IMG/VR virus record: IMGVR_UViG_3300020190_000004
Origin: a virus
Taxonomy: Duplodnaviria; Caudoviricetes
Length of the DNA stretch: 64,000 bases
Reading direction: 5' to 3' (one strand)
The notes below the pieces were generated by a model. It made no database searches. It was not told where the DNA came from and worked only from the letters and a program-made list of their open reading frames with translations. Position numbers and translations under genes: made by a program. Below, in pieces: positions 8,261 to 16,753 of this stretch (position 1 is the first letter of the stretch; each line of letters opens with the position of its first letter).

Positions 8261-8509
8261 TTACTTAATTTTGCTAGCGTTAGTTTCTTCGTAAGCAGCT
8301 TCTTGAGTGCAGTGGCATTCAGCCAGTCGGAACATGTATTGCGACTGGTTAGCTGGAAAGTAGCGGTAGAACCATTTAGCGGTTTGCGTAAATGTAGGAC
8401 GATCTTCAACGATGTCGTTAAGCCAGCAAGAAGATGCAAATGAATTACCCGTGTTGAGTAAGAATTCTTGTACCTCGTGTTTTGAAAATGTAGATTCTTT
8501 AAGTGCCAT
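8261..8509 (-). CDS. hypothetical protein (82 aa)
   Basis: ATG directly after promoter copy 6. Confidence 0.7.
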   Translation of the reverse strand: MALKESTFSKHEVQEFLLNTGNSFASSCWLNDIVEDRPTFTQTAKWFYRYFPANQSQYMFRLAECHCTQEAAYEETNASKIK

Positions 8510-8510
8510 A

Positions 8511-8596
8511 TTGATTAATTAATTATAGTATAAAAATAACCACTTTAAACTTACCATGCAAACTTTTGTGAAACTTTTTTCATAAAGTTATTAACA
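8511..8596 (-). promoter_or_regulatory. early promoter element copy 6
   Basis: Consensus match; spacing 24 nt. Confidence 0.9.
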
Positions 8597-8598
8597 AT

Positions 8599-9429
8599 TT
8601 AACTTATTCTTTTGACCACGTCTCGTATGCGAGTGTACACTTCTATGAAGACGGGCAGGCTCATCAGTGAGACTAGGAAGTTATTGATGTATGTGTAAAT
8701 GCTTATGGCAGTTCCGTGAGAGAGTCCCATGCTGGAGCTTGTAAAGAGGGCAAGAGCTACTATCAGAAACATAGTCTTAGTTCCGTTTATGCCAAACCAA
8801 TGCTTGGCTGCTAGTGTTGATTGAGCAATGATTAGCTTTCGCCTTCTTTCATAAAAGGTGTGGATCTTTGCATCTTCTTGCGTATCCATAATTCCAAACT
8901 TTTGTTCATAGTGAGAGTTGCCCACTCTCATAGCTTGAGCAATTTTCTTATAGAAGACTTTCACAACAAGTGCTATGAAAGGTAAGCAAGCGATCATGAC
9001 CCATCCCGTGACAAGGCTCTGTATGAATATGAAGTATAGACTTCCTATGATAGTAAGAACAGCTGATATGTAATAGTGTAAGTGGTGTTCAATAAAGTCT
9101 ATGACTACGTGTAGCATTTCAGTTCTGGCTACTTTTGCAGAAGTGTCTGATGCTGCATCTCGCTTTAAGTAATCAGCTACGATTTCATTGTAAATTCTTG
9201 TGTACACGCGTATGTCATATACCATTCGCTTGTACATAAAGAGGTTTTCTCCCATGTGCGCGCCGAAAAGAGCAAACAGGTAAGTGTAGTCGTGGACAAG
9301 TAGTCCGTCTATCGCTTTACCCAAGAAGTAAGGTTCAAGCAGGAAGAGAACTTGTCCAGCTATGATGTATGTGTATATAAGTGCTATCTGCCAACGGTGA
9401 CTTCTGAGGATTGCATATATGTTCTTCAT
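8599..9429 (-). CDS. ABC transporter six-helix transmembrane domain protein (ABC_membrane_3-like), no ATPase domain
   Basis: Multiple TM helices; LLEPYFLGKAIDGLL motif typical of ABC exporter TMDs. Confidence 0.65.
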   Translation of the reverse strand: MKNIYAILRSHRWQIALIYTYIIAGQVLFLLEPYFLGKAIDGLLVHDYTYLFALFGAHMGENLFMYKRMVYDIRVYTRIYNEIVADYLKRDAASDTSAKVARTEMLHVVIDFIEHHLHYYISAVLTIIGSLYFIFIQSLVTGWVMIACLPFIALVVKVFYKKIAQAMRVGNSHYEQKFGIMDTQEDAKIHTFYERRRKLIIAQSTLAAKHWFGINGTKTMFLIVALALFTSSSMGLSHGTAISIYTYINNFLVSLMSLPVFIEVYTRIRDVVKRIS

Positions 9430-9908
9430 TCAGTTGATGCTAACGTACTTACTATTTGTCTTAACTGTTCTGCGTGTACTCTAAAGATGCGTTTGTTCTC
9501 AAGTGCTTTCTCGATATGTTCATATGCTGCCTGTATCCTGCCGGACTCGATGTGAGTCATAACCTCATCGCCCACTGCATCAAACTCATGAGGCATAGGT
9601 CTTCTTGCTATCACGCGGTCTACAAGAGGTTTGTCTGGAAGCATTTCTACCTTAGCAGATTTTGCCGGTGATTGTCTTTTATAGCCAGATGACATCCCTC
9701 TTAATGTCCCAAACCCTACACGAGCGCTTTTTGCCATGAACTCTGCTGCAACCTCTGGGTCTTTTACGATTTGTATTTCGTTGCCCGTCTTGTGATTGAT
9801 GACAGGTACGCTTGACCACTTGAGTTCATCGGAGCATGTAACGCAAGTCCGATAACCTAAGTCCCATCTTAGTGGGTTAACTTCTTCTAAACACTTCTTA
9901 CATTTCAT
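9426..9908 (-). CDS. zinc-finger protein (CxxC...CxxC, TraR/DksA-like N-terminus)
   Basis: CKKC...RTCVTC. Confidence 0.5.
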   Translation of the reverse strand: MKCKKCLEEVNPLRWDLGYRTCVTCSDELKWSSVPVINHKTGNEIQIVKDPEVAAEFMAKSARVGFGTLRGMSSGYKRQSPAKSAKVEMLPDKPLVDRVIARRPMPHEFDAVGDEVMTHIESGRIQAAYEHIEKALENKRIFRVHAEQLRQIVSTLASTE

Positions 9909-10347
9909 TTAACCTAAAGTTTTGTTTTCTTCTCCAATTTACATAACCTACTAGGGCATGATCTTTTACTTCTTCGTTTTCTAACAAGTCATCATGAAAG
10001 AATATCCTATGACTCTGATGCGCGTAGGTGCCAACGCCTGGCAACTCGTGGTGAGGGACAGTACCCCACATGGTTGACATTTTCTTTAAACGTTCGGTTC
10101 TTATTCTCCAGAAACCAAGAGGCTTAAGAATTTCCTGTAGTCTTACAGAGGATATCTTAAGCATGTCTTCTGGGGTGGGTGCTTCTGCAAAAAGTGTTGG
10201 CCAGACTTTGTCTACCTGCTTTCTTGTGGTCTGATTAAGCAAGATGCAAGCAACCGTGCATTTCCATGCGTCTGGCCACAGCAACTCTTGTAAAAGAGTG
10301 TTAGGATATCTTTTGTCTTCTTCTACCATATCTGAAAGCCGCCGCAC
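9898..10347 (-). CDS. HhH-GPD DNA glycosylase, MBD4-like
   Basis: LQELLWPDAWKCTVACILLNQT, LKPLG, ELPGVGTYA resemble the MBD4 glycosylase domain; likely start MVEEDK at 10329. Confidence 0.75.
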   Translation of the reverse strand: MRRLSDMVEEDKRYPNTLLQELLWPDAWKCTVACILLNQTTRKQVDKVWPTLFAEAPTPEDMLKISSVRLQEILKPLGFWRIRTERLKKMSTMWGTVPHHELPGVGTYAHQSHRIFFHDDLLENEEVKDHALVGYVNWRRKQNFRLNEM

Positions 10348-10889
10348 TCGCGAAGAAAGTTGATGAATTCTTGTAGGTGCACTCTTGAAGTGCTGTGTGA
10401 TGGCATAGCGATAGTTCCGTCATCAGTGATGAAAGGCCTGTATAAGACAGTACCAAACTCCGGCAAGCCATTTGTCTTTTCTTCAAACTCTGTGCCTAAG
10501 AACTGGCCGTCAAGATTACACCAGCTGCCCATGACCAGGTATATTCTGTCATCGTCTTCGGCAAGGTTTTGATTACCGTCGAGTATTTCTTGAAGACCGT
10601 CAGCAAGTGCATCGCAATCTTCTTGATTGTCTGGACCGGCTCCGTCATTGCTTCCATAGTGTGAAGTGTCAATGTCAAGACCTTTCCGCGCAATGACTGT
10701 GTCTATCAGCATATGAATTGGTCTCCAGCTCCACCAGTTAGCGCGAAAGTAATCGCCTGGGTTTTCTTTTTCCCAGTAACCGTGTAGTTCAAAGTACTTG
10801 TCTTTTTCTTCTTGTGTTGCGGTGTCCCAATCAATAGTTGGTTTAGTTCCGCGGATGATGGGATCCCTCCCTGTGATATCTACTCCCAT
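10323..10889 (-). CDS. hypothetical protein (188 aa)
   Basis: ORF tiling; YFRANWWSWRP motif. Confidence 0.75.
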   Translation of the reverse strand: MGVDITGRDPIIRGTKPTIDWDTATQEEKDKYFELHGYWEKENPGDYFRANWWSWRPIHMLIDTVIARKGLDIDTSHYGSNDGAGPDNQEDCDALADGLQEILDGNQNLAEDDDRIYLVMGSWCNLDGQFLGTEFEEKTNGLPEFGTVLYRPFITDDGTIAMPSHSTSRVHLQEFINFLRECGGFQIW

Positions 10890-10891
10890 GA

Positions 10892-11218
10892 TTAAGCTTT
10901 TTGTAACATTGTTATTGATGCACGAATTCTTTTAGCAACCGGCGTACCAAAGACAGGATGTTTGTATTCAGATCCTTCTTCTGCAAGAACAGCAGTCTTA
11001 GCGCTGATTTTTTCGATTCGGTAAAACTTGCCAATGCAACGAGGATCATTAATAGTAACACGAGCACCTTTAGATAAAGTTCTCTTGATGTTTAAGCGAG
11101 TTTGAGCAATCCGGTGATTGATTTCGCTAACGATCATATTGTTTAATGAACGTAAATCGCTGTCTGATAAATTGTCCATTGATTTTCCAAGGACTGTGGT
11201 GATTTCTGAGTAACTCAT
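10892..11218 (-). CDS. hypothetical protein (108 aa)
   Basis: Downstream of promoter copy 7. Confidence 0.7.
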   Translation of the reverse strand: MSYSEITTVLGKSMDNLSDSDLRSLNNMIVSEINHRIAQTRLNIKRTLSKGARVTINDPRCIGKFYRIEKISAKTAVLAEEGSEYKHPVFGTPVAKRIRASITMLQKA

Positions 11219-11237
11219 ATTGAATAATTATTTATTG

Positions 11238-11299
11238 ATAGTATAAAATTAACCATTTGTTTCTTACCATGCAAATTTATTTTCACAAAGTTATTAACA
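11238..11299 (-). promoter_or_regulatory. early promoter element copy 7
   Basis: Consensus match; spacing 14 nt. Confidence 0.85.
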
Positions 11300-11301
11300 C
11301 T

Positions 11302-12378
11302 TTATTCATCGGTTTTGAACGGTTTACTCCAAGTAGGTCTAACCATTTTCCACGCGATGTCATTACCGTCACGCTTGTCAAGAAACCTAAAGATGATTGA
11401 CTTGAGAGGGTGATCTTTGATAGCAAGTGCGTATTCTTTTCTATTAGCTTCACCAAGTCGAAGAGTCACACGTTCAAATTCTTCATGTGCTTCCCACAAG
11501 ATGTCAGTGTGCTTGTAATGAAGTTCACGCTCAGTCATGCGAACCCAGTCAAAGAATTCATCAGGCACTCTCTCTAGTAATTCATCAAGCGGTTCGTTAT
11601 TCTTTAACTTTTCCCAGATGCTAACATTTGATACTTGAGTAACTATGCGGTGTAAACGAACATATTCTTCAAACTTAACCTTAACTCGGAAGCCATTATT
11701 GAACCTGATAACATAACCCTCTCGATTGGGCTCATTCTGTGACCTGAGATGTTCCCAAGATTCCTTTACATTGTATTTATTTACTAAATTAAAAGAAGTA
11801 CCGAGATGTTCTTCTATATTCTTCCTTGCTATCTCTTGACCTGTTGCAGTTTCGATTACTCCCAATAACACAAGTTTCTCTTCATTACCGTAGTTAACCA
11901 CTATGCGGTTTTCTGGGTATATGATTTCAAAGATATGTGTGTGACCGTAAGCAAGATCTTGGTAAGGAAGAGCTTGTAACATCTTCCAACCACGAACAGC
12001 CTGTTCTGAAGTAAAAGAACCTCTTGAAGCAAAGACAGGTTGTAGAGTTTCAGTCTTGTCATCAACATACCAAAAGAAGATGCCCAGTGAACCGTCCATC
12101 TTTTCATAAACCTCGAACGGCAGGTCAGGTATTTGTCCTGGTACTTCTGAAGCGTTAAAGAATTTTTCAAAGGGGCGAGCAACTACTTGGCCTTTACTGT
12201 TAAGAACCAAACCACGAGCAGCTAAAGTTTCAGGAGTCCAACGGCCTTCATACTGAGTCTTTTGAGAATAGTTGTATATCGTCAAGTCCAATGTAGGGTG
12301 TACTTGAGAGATTAACCAGCCTTCTCTTACCAACTCGTCGTATGTTTCTTTACAGTTTGCCATTTTTATGTGTTTCAC
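11302..12378 (-). CDS. RNA ligase (T4 Rnl1 family)
   Basis: Motif I EKMDGS; RGLV...RPFEKFFN; EIIYPENRIVV; EGYV...VKVKF. Confidence 0.9.
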   Translation of the reverse strand: MKHIKMANCKETYDELVREGWLISQVHPTLDLTIYNYSQKTQYEGRWTPETLAARGLVLNSKGQVVARPFEKFFNASEVPGQIPDLPFEVYEKMDGSLGIFFWYVDDKTETLQPVFASRGSFTSEQAVRGWKMLQALPYQDLAYGHTHIFEIIYPENRIVVNYGNEEKLVLLGVIETATGQEIARKNIEEHLGTSFNLVNKYNVKESWEHLRSQNEPNREGYVIRFNNGFRVKVKFEEYVRLHRIVTQVSNVSIWEKLKNNEPLDELLERVPDEFFDWVRMTERELHYKHTDILWEAHEEFERVTLRLGEANRKEYALAIKDHPLKSIIFRFLDKRDGNDIAWKMVRPTWSKPFKTDE

Positions 12379-12827
12379 CAGGATGGGTTTATCTCATGAT
12401 TCCATGCCCACTGCAGAAGGTTTTGCTTGGTTTTTGCAGAGTCTCTTCCTTTTGATTGGTACCCTCTTAGCATTCCCATGTGCCTAGAAACAAAGGACCT
12501 AAATCTTTTTATCTGTCTATCATCATCTTGATGTCTACGGCCATAGTAAAACTTTACATACCACTCAACCCAGCCATTTGGGTCATCTGGGTGTATAAGT
12601 TTTTGTTGAGTCCACCAATCAAGGGAAGCACCGCACCCTACCTCGTAGAAGTTTTTCTTTGTGTCAGGATTTTTGCTTTGTGACCAAGATTCAGAAACGT
12701 CATTAATGAACTCAGCAGGTAAAGAAGTTTCTATTTGAAAGTAGCCTCCGCCAAAAATTCCCATGTTGAACATTTGAGCAGGCGTGTAGCAAGGCCTGAA
12801 TTCGGGCCTGTCTGTAAACTCTACCAT
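12375..12827 (-). CDS. conserved uncharacterised protein (G.FGG.YF / DP.GW..WY / GRR..DD.RQI family)
   Basis: Motif pattern recognised from an uncharacterised widespread family. Confidence 0.6.
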   Translation of the reverse strand: MVEFTDRPEFRPCYTPAQMFNMGIFGGGYFQIETSLPAEFINDVSESWSQSKNPDTKKNFYEVGCGASLDWWTQQKLIHPDDPNGWVEWYVKFYYGRRHQDDDRQIKRFRSFVSRHMGMLRGYQSKGRDSAKTKQNLLQWAWNHEINPSW

Positions 12828-12836
12828 TCGCTGAAG

Positions 12837-13151
12837 TTAAAACATTATTAAGCAAGACAAAACCAGTAGCAAAAGTGATGGGATTCTTTTTAGGAGAGTG
12901 GAAGAAGCACGCCAGTGGTAATACTGCGCACAGATCATCATGAAGGCCATGCCGATAGCAGCAGGGTAGACAAGAAAAGATGCCCAAATGCTCATCAGCA
13001 TGAGGCACGCCAGCACTATCTTAGTCATGCCGACCGCTTTTTTGGTAGTGGTAGATAGATTAAAACGCTCAAAGTCAGCGGTGACTGAGCTCTTTCTGAA
13101 AAACCAGACCCAGAGAACCGATATTGCTACCGTTAGTTGTAAAATGATCAT
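12837..13151 (-). CDS. DoxX-like membrane protein
   Basis: About four hydrophobic helices; F.RF.L spacer typical of DoxX_2. Confidence 0.5.
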   Translation of the reverse strand: MIILQLTVAISVLWVWFFRKSSVTADFERFNLSTTTKKAVGMTKIVLACLMLMSIWASFLVYPAAIGMAFMMICAQYYHWRASSTLLKRIPSLLLLVLSCLIMF

Positions 13152-13153
13152 AA

Positions 13154-13552
13154 TTATAGTTTTATTTCAAATCTTTCTTTCATTATTTCCAATTTGTCTG
13201 CGGGAACACCATGTATGTTCTCACCACCATGACGGTTTTCTACCACCACGGTAGAAACTCGGTAACCCCACTTTTCTGCCAAATCAAAGTATGCTTGCAT
13301 TTCCCATTCTTGAGTAAATGTATTAGCAACCGCAACGATAGGTTTTCCAAGTTCCATGTGTAGGCCAGTATGTTTCTGACACCATGCATGTGCTTCACGA
13401 AGTTTGCTTGGGTCAAAGTTATACACCATTTGACCGTCCACCCAATCTTCAAAGTACGCGTCTGTCGACATCACAACCGGTGATAGTAATTCAGCCAAAG
13501 TAGTTTTACCCGAGCCAGGTAGTCCGCGAAATAGTATTAAAGTCTTAGTCAT
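13154..13552 (-). CDS. AAA_33 / polynucleotide kinase-like P-loop protein
   Basis: LILFRGLPGSGKTTLA; STDAYF; VANTFTQEWEM; VENRHGG..IHGVP. Confidence 0.8.
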   Translation of the reverse strand: MTKTLILFRGLPGSGKTTLAELLSPVVMSTDAYFEDWVDGQMVYNFDPSKLREAHAWCQKHTGLHMELGKPIVAVANTFTQEWEMQAYFDLAEKWGYRVSTVVVENRHGGENIHGVPADKLEIMKERFEIKL

Positions 13553-13677
13553 TTTTCTTATATTGTTTGTTAAGTTCTTTTTCGGCTTTCTTAAGTTCTT
13601 TCTTAGCTAACAGGATGTTTCCCGATGTTGCCAGCTTAAGAGCGCGTATCATCGCAATTCTTGCCGGCGTAAGTTCT

Positions 13678-14220
13678 TTATTTTTGTTCATCTAGTGTTA
13701 AAGATTTGAATGATTTACCTAAGTCATTGACATCAAAATCAACAAGCATGTTATCAGCAGCACCATGAAACATAAGTTTATCCCAGATACCTGCGTCTTT
13801 CCAGTCTTGTATCTGCTTGTCTCTTTTAGCAGGTCTCATGTCGCCAAGTTGGTGGAACCTCATGTGCCCAAGAACGATTCCAGCAACGTTTCTCCAGTCA
13901 GCACCGTTGTCTGTAATCCACTTTTGAATATCTCTTGAGTTGTGTATAAGTTCGCAAGCAGCTTTATCATGCCCAGGAGAAGTAGGATTACCCGTCTTAG
14001 GGTTGATTGTCTTACAGTCAAGTTTACATATGTCATGCAAGATTCCAGCCATCACCAAGTCAGGATCTCCAGTTTGTATCAAGCGATCAGTCACAATCTC
14101 GATGTGATGAAATGTACTAGGCTCTGGGTGATAATCAGGGCGCTCACGAAGAGTCTTGAGATCTTCAAGTTTCTCTTTTACCAAAGGTGGAGCAGTTCGT
14201 ATGATAGTTTGAAATGTCAT
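13678..14220 (-). CDS. HD-domain phosphohydrolase
   Basis: HPE...HH...ILHDICK...GHDKAA...HM. Confidence 0.75.
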   Translation of the reverse strand: MTFQTIIRTAPPLVKEKLEDLKTLRERPDYHPEPSTFHHIEIVTDRLIQTGDPDLVMAGILHDICKLDCKTINPKTGNPTSPGHDKAACELIHNSRDIQKWITDNGADWRNVAGIVLGHMRFHQLGDMRPAKRDKQIQDWKDAGIWDKLMFHGAADNMLVDFDVNDLGKSFKSLTLDEQK

Positions 14221-14223
14221 GTT

Positions 14224-14457
14224 TTAGTTAATTGCTTTGTAAAAATCTTTGTGTGTTCTTCCATGCTCAGTACGAATGTAGTTTCTGCGTAGGTTAAACA
14301 AGTGTTGCAAGCAGCGGTTGTAAGTCCAAAACTTTTCACGCTGTTTGTTAGTTGCAGTGTTGTAAAAAGATGAAGCTTGTTCGCCCCATTCATTAACTAG
14401 GCATTGTACGATTTCCATCTTTGAGTTAAACTCAGTCTTTAGGTTGTCATTTTCCAT
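14224..14457 (-). CDS. hypothetical protein (77 aa)
   Basis: ORF tiling. Confidence 0.65.
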   Translation of the reverse strand: MENDNLKTEFNSKMEIVQCLVNEWGEQASSFYNTATNKQREKFWTYNRCLQHLFNLRRNYIRTEHGRTHKDFYKAIN

Positions 14458-14458
14458 A

Positions 14459-14707
14459 TTATCTTAGAATTGATTTGATCATTTCGTTGGCAGCTTGTTC
14501 AGGTGATTGGTCCATGTGGATCATCTTTAAAGAAGCGATAGTTTCATTCACCATGCCGTTCTTAAGATAATGCTCAGATTCTTTAAGAGTGGTCATTACC
14601 ATTTCCTCAGCTTGATTAACCGAGAACTTCTTAACGATTACTAAGTGCTTGATGCAGTCCATTGCCACCTTGTGTAACTTTTTAATTTGTGCGTTTACGT
14701 TTGCCAT
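14459..14707 (-). CDS. hypothetical protein (82 aa)
   Basis: ATG directly after promoter copy 8. Confidence 0.7.
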   Translation of the reverse strand: MANVNAQIKKLHKVAMDCIKHLVIVKKFSVNQAEEMVMTTLKESEHYLKNGMVNETIASLKMIHMDQSPEQAANEMIKSILR

Positions 14708-14708
14708 A

Positions 14709-14794
14709 TTGATTAATTAATTATAGTATAAAATTAACCATTAGAAACTTACCATGCAAACTTTTGGGCAACTTTTTTTCAAAAGTTATTAACA
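14709..14794 (-). promoter_or_regulatory. early promoter element copy 8
   Basis: Consensus match; spacing 24 nt. Confidence 0.9.
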
Positions 14795-15160
14795 ATTTTT
14801 AAGCTGTAATTTTGCTTCGTCTACATGACGGCATCTTCTGCGAAAACCAAAACCCGGACAACTGCAAGTCCAACTGTTATTATGACTATGCAAAATAACC
14901 GTGTATGAAGATCCTTTAGATGAAGGGATATCGAAAGTCTTGCCTCCAGTAAAAGGCTGTGCTTCTCTATGCTCCTCAAGTCGTACCCAAATATAACTAC
15001 TGTCCTCCGGAGTTACATCTTCGGTTATGCGTACACTGCCACCTTCCTTGTCGTGGAATATCATAGTCCGACCGCTTAGAAAGTTAACGATGATAGGCGG
15101 AAAAAGAGAAGGGCCTCTTTTCATTGAGCGGATTTCTTCTTTGGTGTATATCTTTTCCAT
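14789..15160 (-). CDS. SWIM zinc-finger protein
   Basis: WTCSCPGFGFRRRCRHV (CxC...CxH). Confidence 0.7.
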   Translation of the reverse strand: MEKIYTKEEIRSMKRGPSLFPPIIVNFLSGRTMIFHDKEGGSVRITEDVTPEDSSYIWVRLEEHREAQPFTGGKTFDIPSSKGSSYTVILHSHNNSWTCSCPGFGFRRRCRHVDEAKLQLKNC

Positions 15161-15189
15161 CTTAACAGTGTTCTTTATTAAGTTTTAAG

Positions 15190-15924
15190 TTACAATTCAA
15201 ATGTTGGTTTTAACCATAGACCTCTACCAAATACCAATGCTGTAAACCCTGGAAGCCATTCTTCAGTTTCTCTAAATAGTTCCAATGTTAGTACGGTATC
15301 ATGTTTCATCATTTTGAAAACTTCTTCTCTAATTCTTTCAGCAGAAACTACCTTTTCAAGCTTTTCTAGTATGTCAGGTTGTTTCATAGCGTCAAGAATG
15401 TCAGGATGAAAAACAAAATCTTTGGTAATTCCAAATCTCATCCCTCTCAAGAATCTCAACGGGTCTTCCATCATTGTTTGAGATGCCGGAAGTGGTGTTC
15501 TCAGTATTCCCTCAGCCAAATCTTTCTTCCCTCCGAACAAGTCAATCAGATTCCCGTCGTAGTCAACCGCCATTGCGTTAAGAGTAAAGTCTCTTCTAAC
15601 AAGATCATCTTCAAGCGTTCCTAATTCAAGTATAGGTTGTCTTGTGTCGGGTACATAACCGACTTCTTTTCTTGCAAGAACGAAGTCAGCAACGAGTCCT
15701 TCATGTGGGTCACCCTTTGGAAACTTAGCCCTGATGGTAAAACAATCTGGCGTGGAAAGGAAAATTTGGTAGCCTTCAGCCTCCATCCATTCCGTCATTT
15801 GCTGGAAACCACTTTCCACAGATTGGTCTAACCTATCCAGGACAAAGGTAAAGTCAATGTCTTTGGAATCAATACCCAGGATTTCGTCCCTGACGCAACC
15901 CCCTACTTTGTAAATTTCTGGCAT
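15190..15924 (-). CDS. cca: tRNA nucleotidyltransferase (CCA-adding / poly(A) polymerase class II head domain)
   Basis: VGGCVRD..LG..SKDID; DLVRRDFTLNAMA; EDPLRFLRGMRF; SAERIREE. Confidence 0.85.
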   Translation of the reverse strand: MPEIYKVGGCVRDEILGIDSKDIDFTFVLDRLDQSVESGFQQMTEWMEAEGYQIFLSTPDCFTIRAKFPKGDPHEGLVADFVLARKEVGYVPDTRQPILELGTLEDDLVRRDFTLNAMAVDYDGNLIDLFGGKKDLAEGILRTPLPASQTMMEDPLRFLRGMRFGITKDFVFHPDILDAMKQPDILEKLEKVVSAERIREEVFKMMKHDTVLTLELFRETEEWLPGFTALVFGRGLWLKPTFEL

Positions 15925-15925
15925 T

Positions 15926-16183
15926 TTAATTAAGTTTTAATATGTTAGTAATCTTTTGCTTAAAAGTAATTGGCTCTGCTTCAACGAAGTTAACCAATTC
16001 TTGCTTTCTTGCCTCAGACTCATAGTCAAAGTTTTCAAGAATGTCGTAGTAACGAGTTACTCGAAAGAACTTCTTTTCTGTCTTGGCGATAAGTTTCTGC
16101 AAGAATGCGTGGTCTTCAAGATTAGTGTACTTGCGTAAAGTATCATACTTAAACCGACAAGATTCGTTTGTTGCGTTTGCCAT
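15926..16183 (-). CDS. hypothetical protein (85 aa)
   Basis: Downstream of promoter copy 9. Confidence 0.7.
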   Translation of the reverse strand: MANATNESCRFKYDTLRKYTNLEDHAFLQKLIAKTEKKFFRVTRYYDILENFDYESEARKQELVNFVEAEPITFKQKITNILKLN

Positions 16184-16191
16184 TATTTTAA

Positions 16192-16254
16192 TTATAGTAT
16201 AAAATTAACCAATAGAAACTTACCATGCAAATTTTTAGGAAAAAGTTATTAACA
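16192..16254 (-). promoter_or_regulatory. early promoter element copy 9
   Basis: Consensus match; spacing 13 nt. Confidence 0.85.
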
Positions 16255-16255
16255 A

Positions 16256-16753
16256 TTAAAGGTAACTTGTAGATAGCATTTTAAGCTGTTTAAGAATACG
16301 CTCATCACTGATGCGGTAAACTTGCTTCATGGCTGCTTGCCTTCTTGGGAAGCATATCATCTCACGCCCTTTGTGTGTTAACCACTTATGAGCTTTTAAT
16401 GAAGGATCAAGTGGGTCCATTTCAAAGATAGTACCTTCAAGATCATCTTCTGTTTTGTGTAGCGGAACCGATAGAAAGTAAACTCTGTGCGATCCCATTA
16501 CCTTTGCTTTTTGGTTAGGTGTTATACCAAAAGAATCCTCAACCACGATTGGGACTTGTGTTTTGACTTCTACTTTATTTCCGTCTACAAGCATGTCTTT
16601 CTCTGTATCAAATACGTTAAGAGATTCTTCTACCTCATGACCACATTTTCTCAAGTATGACGCAACGATTCTTTCCCCAATCATACCTAGAAGTATTTTA
16701 CGAACATCAACTGATTGTGTCCTCGTTATGGTTTTCTTTTCTTTCATTTTCAA
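16256..16753 (-). CDS. putative PD-(D/E)XK nuclease-like protein
   Basis: GMIGERIV...DMLVDGNKVEVKT (E..D..EVK). Confidence 0.5.
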   Translation of the reverse strand: MKMKEKKTITRTQSVDVRKILLGMIGERIVASYLRKCGHEVEESLNVFDTEKDMLVDGNKVEVKTQVPIVVEDSFGITPNQKAKVMGSHRVYFLSVPLHKTEDDLEGTIFEMDPLDPSLKAHKWLTHKGREMICFPRRQAAMKQVYRISDERILKQLKMLSTSYL

